Positions 1 through 13,913 of a stretch of DNA of 64,000 nt are shown one piece after another (the first letter of the stretch is position 1; the number at the start of each line of letters is the position of its first letter). The notes beneath the pieces were generated by a model, which was given only the letters and a program-made list of their open reading frames with translations, did not search any database and was not told where the DNA came from. The position numbers were made by a program, and so were the translations under genes. The stretch spans positions 49,937,876 to 50,001,875 of the forward strand of contig NC_068996.1 of the NCBI RefSeq assembly GCF_001194135.2, in the 5' to 3' direction. This stretch comes from Octopus bimaculoides (taxonomy: Eukaryota).

Positions 1-54
1 CATCGGCTCTGTCATCTCCTTAGGGGTTAAAAACCACCAGGAAAGAAATATCAA

Positions 55-553
55 TTAACACTTTACCATTTAAACCATCCATATCCAGCTCAAATATTCT
101 ATCAGTTTTATGTTCAAATTGGTCAGATCCTGCCTCTCACACCTACCCTACAATGTCATTCTAAAGATAAACAAGAGCACTCAGAGAGCGCAAACCTCTG
201 CCAAGGCAACACCAATGTCCTCTCAACGATTAGCCAGAGATGATTGTTAAAATGAGAATATCTGAAATAACCTCAACTGCTCTCACAAATGTGAATACTA
301 AAAATGAACCTGACCGCTCTCAAAAATTAAGTAAGAAAAAAAACAGAAAAATGATCCAGAATCCGTGTCCGGTACTGGATCAATCCCAAAATCCAATCAG
401 TTCATGCCAGTCATGAGGCCAAACATCCCTGAAATTTTAATCTGAATTCATCCAGTGGTTCAAGTTACAAGATAATGAATGAATGATTAATTGAAAACAT
501 TGTGGATAAACAAGCATTACATTTGACAGAATAATCTGAATGCTGAAGGGTTA
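55..553. mobile_element. piggyBac-type MITE interrupted by a ~290-bp unrelated repeat (~170-460)
   Basis: TTAA|CAC at 55 and GGG|TTAA at ~553; both halves match the 48983-49170 element in reverse. Confidence 0.55.
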
Positions 554-1720
554 AAGTAGTTCATTGATAGCAATGTGACCTTGTAGTTAGAATGTTGCAC
601 TTGTGATTACAAGATTGTGGTTTCAATTCATGGACTTAATGGTGCATTATGTTCATAAGTAAAACATTTCACTTATGCTCTGACTCTCAGGACTTGAGAC
701 AATAATAGTTGGGGAATCAGTGATGATGGCGCTCATAGTAATGATGAATTCCCCCCCAAAAATAGTATATAAAATCTTTTGAATTATCATGAATGGTACT
801 AAATCTTAAGATTATATTTTTGGTTTTTACATATGCACAGGCATAGGCATGGCTGTGAGGTAAGAATTTTGCTTCTCAACCACATGGTTCTCGTTTCAGA
901 CCCACTGCATGGCACCTTGGTCAAGTGTCTTCTATTATAGCCAACCAAAGCCTGGTGAGCAGATTTGGTTGCTGGAAACTGAAAAAAGCCTGCTGTGTGT
1001 GTGTGTGTGTGTGTGTGGTGGAGTTGTCCTCCACCACCACTTGACAACTGGTATTTGTGTGTTTATGTCCATATAACTTAGCAATTTGGCAAAAGAGACT
1101 GATAGAATAAGTACCAGGCTTTAAAAAAAGCACTAATATTGAATCATTCAACTAAAATTCTTCAAGGCAGTGCCCCAGAATGGCCACAGTCAAGTGACTG
1201 AAACAAGTAAAAGATAAAAGATATACTGGGATTGATTTGTTCAACTAAAACCCTTCAAGGTGGTGCCCCAGCATGGCCACAGTGCAATGACTGAAACAAG
1301 TAAAAGATACACTGTATTGCCCTTATTTAAATTGATTTAGAAAATCATGAAAAATTTAGTAAAATAATTTAGTAAAATTATTAACTTGGAATCTGAAACA
1401 TAAATTACTATGAAATTTTGATGGAAGAGTTTAATCTAAATCCCTTTAAAATAGAGAAGTTTGTATCAGAACTAGGGGTGGTTCCCTGATCACCATTGGG
1501 CATCTTATTTTTATGTGTTCAGAGTACCAGATTGGTTCTTTTGGGTAATTACTCTTGGTTTAGAGAAAAAAAAGGCTTCATAATTTGTATTCAGTCTAAT
1601 ATTTATTTCTTTATTGCCCACAGGGGGGCTAAACGTAGAGGAGACAAACAAGAACAGACAAAAGTATTAAGTCAATTACATCGACTCCAGTGCGTAACTG
1701 TATGTTTATGTATGTATGTA

Positions 1721-1752
<32 letters not shown>

Positions 1753-2819
1753 AAATGTATGTGTGCATGTGTGACTTTTGTGTCTGTCTTTGTCCCATCC
1801 ACTACTTGGCAACCAGTGTTGGTTTGTTTACATATCCATAACTTAGAAGTTCAGCAAAAGAAAACCCATAAAAGAAGTTACAGACTATAAAACAAAATAA
1901 GTACTGGGACGGATTTGTTCAACTAAAATCCTTCAAGGTGGTGCCCCAGCATGGTCACAGTCCATTGAGTGAAACAAGTAAAAGATAAAAGATATACTGG
2001 GATTGNNNNNNNNNNNNNNNNNNNNNNNNNNNNNNNNNNNNNNNNNNNNNNNNNNNNNNNNNNNNNNNNNNNNNNNNNNNNNNNNNNNNNNNNNNNNNNN
2101 NNNNNGCATGGCCACAGTCCAATGAGTGAAACAAGTAAAAGATAAAAGATATCTGTTTGTCTCTTCTTTTACTTGTTTCAGTCATTAGACTATGGCCATG
2201 CTGGGGCACAGCCTAGAAGAATTTTTGTCAAAGAAATTGACTCACTTTTTATTTTTTTTAAAGCTGAACCACTAAGTTACAGGGATGTACACACACCAAC
2301 ACCTGTTGACAAGCTGTACTGGAAAGAAACAAACACACACGTACACACAACAGGATTCTCTCTGTGTTTGTCTACCAGATCCACTCACAAGGTTTTGGTT
2401 GGCCTGAGGCTATAGTATAAGACACATACCAAAGGTACCATACAGTAGGACTGAACCTAGAACTATGTGATTAAAAAACTAGCTTCTTATCATATAGTCA
2501 CGCCTGCCCCTATAAACATGATGTTTTTTTTAATAGCCAGAAAAATTATAAGTTCCAGTAACAATTCATCCTAAGAACTGAGTGTATTTTTTAAAAACCC
2601 CAACAAAGAGAAAACTGAAATGGAACGGAGAGATATATCATCTGTAATGGTTCTACAATGATCTTATAAATGGTAAAATTTTAAGACACGTCTTTCTAAA
2701 TACCTAAAAGTTTTTATGAATGTAAAACGTAAACATCACTTAATAAAATGCTTATTTCTAGAAATGCTACTTATTAATGGATTTTCCCTCTTTTTTCTTT
2801 TAATTGTTGATCCTTTAAT

Positions 2820-2855
2820 TATTTATTTATTTTATTATTATTAATATTATTATTA

Positions 2856-2893
<38 letters not shown>

Positions 2894-2913
2894 TCTACTA
2901 CTACTATTACTAC

Positions 2914-2947
<34 letters not shown>

Positions 2948-3232
2948 ATTATTATTATCTTTTGATTTCTAAGTCTTAATGCATTTTCTTTCCAAAGATA
3001 AAGAATATTTTTCAAAAGGTTTTTTGCCTGGTTAAGTATACAGTTTGTTTGTTTTGTCACTGATTTTTTTTCTTTAATCTTTTCTTTTTTTTTATATTCT
3101 TTTTTTTTTTAGTGAGTCTTTTTCTCTTTTTGCTTCTTTCATTTATCTTTCTTCTTCTTCTTCTTCTTCTTCTTCTCCTCCTTCTCCTTCTTCTTCTTCT
3201 TCTCTCCTCCTCCTCCTCCTCCTCCTTTGTTG
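2820..3232. repeat. Compound trinucleotide microsatellites (ATT/ACT/GTT, then CTT/CCT)
   Basis: Seen directly in the sequence. Confidence 0.95.
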
Positions 3233-4493
3233 TTCTCATACAAAAATTAATGCTACTTAAACTAAACCATTTTAATTAAACAGTGATTTATTAAAATCCA
3301 TTAATGGGACATCATACTGATAATAATATCTATCAGTTTCTAAGAATGGAATGTTGTTGGTTTAATTTTCTTTTCGTTTTTCTTTCTTTCTTTATTTCTT
3401 TCTTTCTTTTTCTCCACACACCTCGCACCTCCCCTCCTTATGTAGATACCAACATTCTTTACTGTAGAACTCTTTTTGCTTGCTACTCGGTTACATTACC
3501 GATATCAGCCATAATTTCAATGATAAAAATGTACACATTTGAAAAGTTCAGTGCAGGTTTTCATATTCATTTTGTTTGGCTGCAGTTCTTCACTGTTACT
3601 TGGAGATAAGAAGGAAGACAGACACCATATTTCTATTTCAAGGGGTGGAGAATTATAGGGCACCACTTATTGCATGTAACAATCAAATATCATTTTATGT
3701 GCTAAAATCTTTTTTTTTTAAATCAAAAATAAGAAGAAAAAAGACAGGAAATAAATATATAAACGAAAATAAACATGCAACATTTTAGTGATTGCTCGAA
3801 AAGCAAAACTAGTTCGTCAAGTGGGAACAGTAAATGAGAGCATAATTAAGTTTGGGTGTAAAGGCGGCAAACTAGCAGAATCATTACCGTTCCAGACAAA
3901 ATGCTTAGCTGCATTTCTTCCAACTCTTTATGTTCAGTGTTCAAATTCCAACAGGGACGACTTTACCTTCCATCCTTTTGGGGAATGACAGAAATAAGTA
4001 CTATAGGTGCAGGAGTGACTGTGTGGTAAGTAGCTTGCTTACCAACCACATGGTTCAGGGTTCAATCCCACTGCGTGGCACCTTGGGCAAGTGTCTTCTA
4101 CTATAGCCTTGGGTCAACCAATGTCTAGTGAGTGGATTTGGTACATGGAAACTGAAAGAAGCCCGTCGTATATATGTATATATATATGTGTATGTGTATG
4201 TGTATGTTTGTGTTGGTCCCCCTAGCATTGCTTGACACCAGGTGGTGGTGTGTTTACGTCCCCGTAACTTAGCGGTTTGGCAAAAAGAGACTGATAGAAT
4301 AAGTACTAGGCTTACAAAGATTAAGTCCTAGGATCGATTTGTTTGGCTAAAGGTGGTGCTCCAGCATGGCCGCAGTCAAATGACTGAAACAAGTAAAAGA
4401 GTAAAAGAGTGGAGTGGAGAACTTATGGGAAATGCTGTAATTGATTTTTCCCCACCCCCTCAAAACTGCTGGCCTTGGGCCAAAATTTGAAAC

Positions 4494-4552
<59 letters not shown>

Positions 4553-5576
4553 GNNNNNNNNNNNNNNNNNNNNNNNNNNNNNNNNNNNNNNNNNNNNNNN
4601 NNNNNNNNNNNNNNNNNNNNNNNNNNNNNNNNNNNNNNNNNNNNNNNNNNNNNNNNNNNNNNNNNNNNNNNNNNNNNNNNNNNNNNNNNNNNNNNNNNNN
4701 NNNNNNNNNNNNNNNNNNNNNNNNNNNNNNNNNNNNNNNNNNNNNNNNNNNNNNNNNNNNNNNNNNNNNNNNNNNNNNNNNNNNNNNNNNNNNNNNNNNN
4801 NNNNNNNNNNNNNNNNNNNNNNNNNNNNNNNNNNNNNNNNNNNNNNNNNNNNNNNNNNNNNNNNNNNNNNNNNNNNNNNNNNNNNNNNNNNNNNNNNNNN
4901 NNNNNNNNNNNNNNNNNNNNNNNNNNNNNNNNNNNNNNNNNNNNNNNNNNNNNNNNNNNNNNNNNNNNNNNNNNNNNNNNNNNNNNNNNNNNNNNNNNNN
5001 NNNNNNNATCCACATACCTATAATCAAGGAGGTAAGCTGTCAGAATAGTGAATGCATTGGACAAATGGTTCAGCAGCATTTCTTCCAATTCCTTACATTC
5101 TAAGTTCAAATGCCACCAGGATTGGCTTTGCCTCCCTTTAAACCTGTTGGCACTCTGCCAAGATTTGAAGAAATAATTAAGTTCGTGCATAAAACTATAG
5201 AGATTTGAAATGGCTCCAGTTTGGGGTTGAGAAATAATAGAATTTGGAATTGCCATAGAAAAGTTCCAATTTGGAATTGCTATGAAGAGACTTTACCATT
5301 ATGTTTTTATATTTTATTTTCTGCTTGTTTCAGTTACTGGACTATGGTCATACTGGAGCATTTCCTTAAAGGGTGTAGTCAAACAAATCAATCCAAGAAC
5401 TTTGTTTTTTCTTTTTTTCTTTTGAAAGTCTAGTACTTAATCTGTCAGTGTCTTTTGCTGAACTGCTAAGTTATGGAGATGTAAACAAACCAACACTGGT
5501 TGTCAAGTGGTGGGGGGTCAGGAAGGGATAGAGGTGCCAACAGAAGCACAAAGACATGCACACATAGATATATATA

Positions 5577-5611
<35 letters not shown>

Positions 5612-6406
5612 ACACTTAATGTCCATGTCCCATGCTGATATGGGTTGGATGGTTTGACAGGATCTGATTCCCCTAAGGATTGCATCAGGCTCCAATTTCT
5701 GCTTTGGTACAGTTTCTATGACTGGAAACCCTTTCTAATGACAACCACTTCACAAACTGGACTGGCTGCTTTTTTTCCAGTACTATTGAGGTACTATTGA
5801 GGTCCTGTACTATTGAGTACCAGCACTATTGAGGTCACCACTATTGAGGTTACCAGTTCACTGGGCTAAGAGCCTTGGGGGTGGGAGGTGGAAGCAGGGG
5901 TTAGGTTCATGCTAGGAATGTGAGGCTTTACTATGAGTTGGAGGGGAGGGGCAGAGCAGGTTTCTGCATTGGGATCTACATGGTTACACACATCTAGCAG
6001 TGGAGAAGGGGAGGGGTGGCAGAGAAAGACAAAGAGAAAATGATCGGGTGGGGGGTGGGGGGCTGCAAGACATAGATAATGGCAATAAGGTGCCCAAACT
6101 GAGAAGAAGTGGGAGGTTTGCATGATTGTATGAGAAGGTGAATGAGGGAGTGGGGAGGAAGAGAGCCAAAATGGGTTAGGGCTGATTGAAGGGTGAATGA
6201 GACAAAAACCATGCGGTGGGGGTGGATACAGGGATGTAGAAGAATTGGGGCAGGGAGCAGGAGTAACAAAGATGAAACAGTTGCTGGAGTGGGTGGGGAG
6301 GACAAGAGATTATATATGGATGGAGCCAGGAGGGAAGGGGCCAGGGAGCAGGCATTATGCATGAGGTGGGGAGAGTCACAGTAATGGATGGAGAACCTAA
6401 AACTCC

Positions 6407-6439
<33 letters not shown>

Positions 6440-7238
6440 TACTGCTAAGTATTTTGCTCCATGTGCTAATTATCTGACCAGCTCATCCCCTTTCCCATCA
6501 TTTAATATTCGTTTTGGATTTTGGCCCAAGGCCAGTAAGTTCAAGGAAGGAGGTAATTCAAATACATTGACCCCAGTGTTCAGCTGGTACTTACTCTATT
6601 GAACCCCAAACAAGATGAGAGGCAAGGTTGACCTCAGCAGAATTTGAACTCAGGATGTGAACAAGGCGGTGAGCTGGCAGAAACGTTAGCACGCTGGGCG
6701 AAATGCTTAGTGGTATTGCGTCTGTCGTTAGGTTCATCATCATCATCATCATCATCGTTTAACGTCCGCTTTCCATGCTAGCATGGGTTGGACGATTTGA
6801 CTGAGGACTGGTGAAACCGGATGGCAACACCAGGCTCCAGTCTGATTTGGCAGAGTTTCTACAGCTGGATGCCCTTCCTAACGCCAACCACTCAGAGAGT
6901 GTAGTGGGTGCTTTTACNNNNNNNNNNNNNNNNNNNNNNNNNNNNNNNNNNNNNNNNNNNNNNNNNNNNNNNNNNNNNNNNNNNNNNNNNNNNNNNNNNN
7001 NNNNNNNNNNNNNNNNNNNNNNNNNNNNNNNNNNNNNNNNNNNNNNNNNNNNNNNNNNNNNNNNNNNNNNNNNNNNNNNNNNNNNNNNNNNNNNNNNNNN
7101 NNNNNNNNNNNNNNNNNNNNNNNNNNNNNNNNNNNNNNNNNNNNNNNNNNNNNNNNNNNNNNNNNNNNNNNNNNNNNNNNNNNNNNNNNNNNNNNNNNNN
7201 NNNNNNNNNNNNNNNNNNNNNNNNNNNNNNNNNNNNNN

Positions 7239-7362
7239 CACCACCTCAGCCCAGGTCTTCCTGGGCCTACCTCTTCCACGGGTTCCCTCAACTGTTAGGG
7301 TGTGGCACTTTTTCACGCAGCTATCCTCATCCATTCTCACCACATGTCCATACCAGCGCACT
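7239..7362 (-). mobile_element. RTE LINE 3'-ORF fragment next to a gap
   Basis: RWYGHVVRMDEDSCVKKCHTLTVEGTRGRGRPRKTWAEVV. Confidence 0.8.
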
Positions 7363-7714
7363 GAGTTCAAATTCTGCTGAGGTCGACTTTGCCTTTCATC
7401 CTTTCAGGGTCAATAAATTAAGTACCAGTTACGCACTGGGTCGATGTAATCGACTTAATCCCTTTGTCTGTCCTTGTTTGTCCCCTCTATGTTTAGCCCC
7501 TTGTGGGCAGTAAAGAAATAAGAATTTGAACTCAGGATGTAAATGTGGATGAAATGCCACTCACAGGTGTGCTAACAATTCTGCCCGCTCAGCTCAGCTA
7601 ATATTGGTTTCAAAAAACTTTGGCACAAGGTTAGTAATTTCGAGGAGGGTGGGGTGGGGGGTAAGTGGATTACATTGACCCCAGTGATTAGTTATTAGTT
7701 TTAGTTATCTTCTC

Positions 7715-8175
7715 AAGTCATGCTGACTCATAAGGGCTGGTTTCCTGGTTTCATGGCATAGAAAATCCCCAACAAGACGAGACACTGGTATGTCACAGGA
7801 TTACTCCTTTTTTTACCAGCTAAGTGAACTGGAGCAATATGAAATGAAGTGTCTTGCTCAAGAACACATGTTGCTCAGTCCAGGAATTGAAAGCATAATC
7901 TTACTATCATGAGTCCAAACACCCTAACCACAAAAGTAAAGTTAATTTCATGAGTCATGCCGACTCCTAAGGGCCAGTTTCCAGGCTTCCATAGCATTTA
8001 AATTCCCCACCTGGATGGGACACTGGTCTGTTGCAGGGTACTCCTTTTTACCAGTTCAGTGAACTGGAGCAATGTGAAAATGAAGTGTCTTGCTCAAGGA
8101 CACAATGTGTCACCCGGTCCAGGAATCAAAACCACAATCTTACGATCATGAGTCCAACACCCCTAACCACTAAGT
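7715..8175 (-). mobile_element. Two tandem copies of a further tRNA-headed SINE (family D)
   Basis: Units 7715-7930 and 7950-8175 share gtgtcttgctcaag and catgagtccaa(a)caccctaaccac; fragments at 45290-45400 and 51870-51980. Confidence 0.7.
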
Positions 8176-9178
8176 TGTGTGCTTCCACTAGTGTTCAACT
8201 GAAACTTATTTTATCGACCCCGAAAGAGTGAAAGCAAAGATGACCTTGGCAGAATTTGAACTCAGAACATAGTAGTGGACGAAATACCACTCAGCATTTT
8301 ACCTGGTGAGCTAACAGTTCAACCAGCTTATCTCAGTTAATATTGACGGGTGTTAGTTAAGCTGTGGTCTGATGATGTCATTAACATCTGGCATTGTGAT
8401 TTTGGTTGTGTTCTTCTTCTTATTATTATTATTGGTGGTGGTGATTTTATTTGTGTTATTAGTGCTACATGTGATGCTTGTAATTGTAGCTGCTGTTGTT
8501 AGTTATGCTAGAGCTATTAATGTAGCATGTGGGAATTGGTGGTTTCAGTTTATGGTTTTTAGTAAAGTAGGTGATATTAACTATACTGGTGGTTTGTATA
8601 ACATGTAGTGTTGTTAGTGTGATAGGTGGTGGTGGTGGTTTTTACATTGTTGTACTTAGGTATGCACATGTTGCTAATTTTAACATGTGGTGTTAATGTA
8701 GCAAGATGTATTGACAGCTTTGGCTGATGTCATTTACTTATTTATTTATTTATTTATCTTTTACTTGTTTCAATCATTTAATTGCAACCATGTTGGGGTG
8801 CCACCTTTTGAAGATTTTTAATTGATTAAATTAACCCCAATCCATTTTTTTATAACTATGCCTGCCTGCCTGTCTGTCTGCCTGCCTGCCTGCCTACCTA
8901 CCTACCTATCTATCTATCTATATCTATCTATCTATCATTTCTCTATTGCCCACAAGGGGATACACATAGAGGGGACAAACAAGGACAGACAAATGGATTA
9001 AGTCGATTATATTGACCCCAGTGTGTAACTGGTACTTAATTTATCGACCCCGAAAGGATGAAAGGCAAAGTCGACCTCAGCGGAATTTGAACTCAGAATG
9101 TAGCGGCAGACGAAATACCGCTAAGCACTTTGCCTGGCGCGCTAACGTTTCTGCCAGCTCTATCTATCTATCTATCTA

Positions 9179-9217
<39 letters not shown>

Positions 9218-9255
9218 AACTATCTGTCTGTCTGTCTGTCCGTCCGTCCGTCCAC

Positions 9256-9303
<48 letters not shown>

Positions 9304-9558
9304 TTGCATAGCAATTATTAGTTAATAGCTAATGATTAAAGTAGATATTTATATTCATTACATTTCCCTTTATTGCATTTGAAATTATTAAAAAAAATCA
9401 TTTCATAATGCACTGTCAATTAACTAATTAATCCCCATTGTCATCACATGCATTCTCGTACATATCACACAGACTAATTTAACACCTTGTTTGAGATTGT
9501 ATATATTAAAAATAACTATAAGCCAAAAAAGAAGTCAGTCCTTTCTATCTGTTCATCT

Positions 9559-10756
9559 AATGGCTGGTTGGTTGGCTGGTTTGCAGGCTAGCAGTTAATC
9601 TGCATAATTATATAACTATCTATTCGTCTATATGTTTGACTAATGAGCTCTCTAACAGCTCTACTCTAGATAAATTCAGAAAAGATTTTACAGATATCTT
9701 TAGAGAATTTTGTATGAAAATTAAAATCAACACTGTTATAAAAATATTCATTTCCTAAACATCACGCTGAACCAGTCATAAGCATGAGATTTTCTGATTG
9801 GTACACCTATTAATAAGAAAATTACCTTCAACTTTTAATTGGTGTGGCCCACCGGATGATGAGCCATGTCTCATGCAGCCCACTTCTCAAAAAAGGTTAC
9901 CCATGTCTGCCCTAAACCAAAATACAAGCAAATAGCTTTTCAACAGAGAATCCAATTTCATATTTACACACACACATGCACACACAAAGTATCAAGCAGA
10001 CCATCAAATACTGTTATACACCACTGATTATAATGTGCTTCCAATTCTGTCTTGATTGCACCATTCTTTTACAGCTCTACCCAAATTGCTTAATTAAATT
10101 GTCTTCCCATCATCATCATGGAGGCCTTCCAATTAGTCTTTTTCCATCTCTTGGATATCACTCAATAATTGCACAGGTCCACCTAGTGTCTGCGAACCTT
10201 GTTATATGTCTGTCACAGTGGAGCTTCTGCTTTCGGTACTCTTCAATCACATTGTTCACTCTGCTCTGTTCTTGAATTATCTCATTCCAAATGTGTTCTT
10301 TTAATAATATTTCTAGTATGGATCTAGTATGGATCTTTCCATACTGTTGAAAAGCTATTTGCTTGTATTTTGGTTTAGGGCAGACATGGGTAACCTTTTT
10401 TGAGAAGTGGGCTGCATGAGACATGGCTCATCATCAGGTGGGCCACACCAATTAAAAGTTGAAGGTAATTTTCTTATTAATAGGTGTACCAATCAGAAAA
10501 TCTCATAGGGCTACAGTTTGCTTATGACTGGTTCAGCGTGATGTTTAGGAAATGAATATTTTTATAACAGTGTTGATTTTAATTTTCATACAAAATTCTC
10601 TAAAGATATCTGTAAAATCTTTTCTGAATTTATCTAGAGTAGAGCTGTTAGAGAGCTCATTAGTCAAACATATAGACGAATAGATAGTTATATAATTATG
10701 CAGATTAACTGCTAGCCTGCAAACCAGCCAACCAACCAGCCAACCAACCAGCCATT
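9559..10756. repeat. Long inverted repeat: arms 9559-9946 and 10344-10756
   Basis: Arms are reverse complements except for 1 substitution, a ~13-nt indel and 8 nt of GGTT-type repeat. Confidence 0.95.
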
Positions 10757-10950
10757 GCATTGTGGCTAATCAATGTTCTGTCCTCTTCTTATTTGTCCAC
10801 ATCTCACCTGTGTATAAGAACACATGTAGTGTGTTCTATTGAATAGTCTGACATGTATGGCATTGTCTAGCTTGGTTTTGAACAAATCCTTTATGGAGTT
10901 AAATACCTTACATCCTGCCCTTATTCTCTTTGAGATTTGAGCATCCATAT
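10050..10950 (-). mobile_element. Old RTE-type LINE fragment (different subfamily) split by an inverted insertion at 10344-10756
   Basis: ISKRIRAGCKVFNSIKDLF (10950-10760) continues as MERSILEILLKEHIWNE...RWTCAIIE*YPRDGKRLIGRPP (10340-10100). Confidence 0.75.
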
Positions 10951-12649
10951 CTCAGTGCATATTCATATATACGCATGTATCTTTTTCTTCTTATTTGTTT
11001 CAATCACTGGATTGTGGCCATGCTGGGGCACCACCTTGAAGGGTTTTAGTTGAACAAATCAATCCCAGTATATCTTTTATCTTTTACTTGTTTCAGTCAT
11101 TGCACTGTGGCCATGCTGGGANNNNNNNNNNNNNNNNNNNNNNNNNNNNNNNNNNNNNNNNNNNNNNNNNNNNNNNNNNNNNNNNNNNNNNNNNNNNNNN
11201 NNNNNNNNNNNNNNNNNNNNNNNNNNNNNNNNNNNNNNNNNNNNNNNNNNNNNNNNNNNNNNNNNNNNNNNNNNNNNNNNNNNNNNNNNNNNNNNNNNNN
11301 NNNNNNNNNNNNNNNNNNNNNNNNNNNNNNNNNNNNNNNNNNNNNNNNNNNNNNNNNNNNNNNNNNNNNNNNNNNNNNNNNNNNNNNNNNNNNNNNNNNN
11401 NNNNNNNNNNNNNNNNNNNNNNNNNNNNNNNNNNNNNNNNNNNNNNNNNNNNNNNNNNNNNNNNNNNNNNNNNNNNNNNNNNNNNNNNNNNNNNNNNNNN
11501 NNNNNNNNNNNNNNNNNNNNNNNNNNNNNNNNNNNNCAGTATATCTTTTATCTTTTACTTCTTTCAGTCATTGCACTGTGGCCATGCTGGTGCACCACCT
11601 TGAAGGGTTTTAGTTGAACAAATCAATCCCAGTATATCTTTTATCTTTTACTTGTTTCAGTCATTGCACTGTGGCCATGCTGGGACACCACCTTGAAGGG
11701 TTTTAGTTGAACCAATCAACCCTAGGACTTGTTTTTCTTAAGCCTAGTACTTATTCTCTTGGTCACTTTTGCCAAACTACTATGATACAGTGATGTAAAC
11801 AAACCAACACCAGCTGTCAAGTGGTCGTGGTAGTAGGTACAAACACACACACACACACACATCATATACAATGGATTTCTTTTAGTTGTCTACCAAATCC
11901 ATTCACAAGGCTTTGCTCAGCCTGAAGCTATAGTAGAAGACATTTGCCCAAGGTGCCATGCAGTGGGACTGAACCTGGAACCATCTGGTTTGGAAACAAG
12001 CTTCTTACCACACAGTCGCACCTATACCTATGATATATGATAAACTTTCAAATAACTCTTCTCTTATGGTCAGACATGTAATATGGCTAGTTCTTCAAAC
12101 CAAAAACATGGACCATCTATGGGTTCTCACACAATTTTTGCCGATTCAATTTTGCTCACTAAACTTGGGTTGGCACCAAGGTTTTAGTAGAAGACACTGG
12201 CCCAAGATGCTGCACCGAGGAACAATAAATAGAGACAACAAATGGTAAAAAGTAACGACCGGGCTTAATTAAATAGGCACTTGGTTTGGTTGATATGGAC
12301 TGACTTAAAACCCCTCAAAGGTGATGTTCCAGCATGGCCGCAGCCCAATGATATAAATAAAACCCAGTAAAAACAATGAAAGAATATTGTGTTTAATAGA
12401 GATGCAGTTATTAAAATGAGAGAACTGAAGTGGACCATTCACTGGTTTGTCCTATTGCTGAGAGGTTAGCAGGAAACTTACAAGTACAGGATATGCATTA
12501 TTGAAACCAGAGCAGAAAGAAGTCATCACATCCATGGAGAGGAAAAAAAACAACAAAACAAAACAAAAAACAAAAAACAAAAACGAAACAGAACAAAAAC
12601 CCACAAAAAAGAAAGAAAAAGAAAACAAATATATTTGGTTTTCACCCAC

Positions 12650-13125
12650 CCTATTACCACCACCACCACTGCTACTATTACTACCACCACCACCACCACC
12701 ACCACAACCACCACAGCCACCACAATCACAGCGACCACCACCGAAACCACCAGTGCAACCATCACTACCACCACCGAAACCACCACCGCAACAGNNNNNN
12801 NNNNNNNNNNNNNNNNNNNNNNNNNNNNNNNNNNNNNNNNNNNNNNNNNNNNNNNNNNNNNNNNNNNNNNNNNNNNNNNNNNNNNNNNNNNNNNNNNNNN
12901 NNNNNNNNNNNNNNNNNNNNNNNNNNNNNNNNNNNNNNNNNNNNNNNNNNNNNNNNNNNNNNNNNNNNNNNNNNNNNAACACAGCTACTTCCACCACTAC
13001 ATACTTCTCCACCACCATTATCTTGCCTATGAAAGCCACTAATACCACCACCAGTGCCATCGCCGCCGCAACCGTCTCTTTTACTTTCACCACTCCTGCT
13101 TCTACCACCACCATCACCACTTCTT
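12650..13125. repeat. Degenerate (ACC)n low-complexity tract spanning a gap
   Basis: Seen directly; it gives poly-Thr/Pro/Val/Gly ORFs in several frames. Confidence 0.9.
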
Positions 13126-13913
13126 AATATTTCCATATTTCCTTATCCTCTTTACTAAAGTAACCTGTAATTTTAAAACAACAACTTCTAAGAAATATTT
13201 TTGTTGTTGTTAAAATGTTTAAAGTGAGCGATGCCATCATTAGAATTAACCGTATACTTTATTCATGCTTTTTAACTAACCGCATCTATGGTACTGGTTA
13301 GATATGTTTTAAGAGTGCAGTAAAAGAGTGTGGACACATCTGTGTGGTTAACAAGAATTCGTTTTACAACCACATGGTTTTGCGTTCATTCTCACGCTGT
13401 ATACCCTGAATTTAATCAAAAGTTTCGTGAGGGAAATTCAGTGAATTTTCTTCTGTTATGATTCCATTCATATTTAGGATGCATTAAACCGACTTCGAAA
13501 TGTGATTAATGCTATATTTCATCAATGCCAGAAAGATGAAAGAAAGATGAAAGTTGAATTTGACAGTGTTTGACAGCCTATATCTAAATAATAAAAGGTA
13601 TTCTGTCTGGTGCTTAACAACCTAGTTAGGTGCAGGCTACAACATGTAATGTGGTTCCAGGTTTAACCCTACTAAGCAGAGCTTCAGGTATATACTGTTA
13701 TGAACTCAGATTGAATTTATACAAGCATTAAAAAAAAGACAGTAAAATAAGGTCAGGCATGGCTGTGAGGGTAAGAAGTTTGCTTCCTAGCAAAGTAGTC
13801 TTGGGTTCAATCCCACTGCAAGCCATAGTCTTGTGAATGGATTTGGTAGATGGAAACTGTAAGAAGCTTGTCGTTTATATATAGAGAGCAGTCACCATAT
13901 TTCATTCCATAAT

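Noticed and set aside
5018-5099. Apparent minus-strand exon (CKELEEMLLNHLSNAFTILTAYLLDY) with AG/GT ends
   Set aside because: It is the reverse complement of a diverged SINE-B head (compare 41030-41130); the open frame is incidental
12482-12545. Minus-strand donor CTT|GTAAGT with a short open frame
   Set aside because: There is no AG acceptor between the upstream poly-T tract and the donor
12452-13136. Long Thr/Pro/Val/Gly-rich ORFs (mucin-like)
   Set aside because: Degenerate (ACC)n repeat plus an N-gap gives open frames on both strands; no splice or homology support
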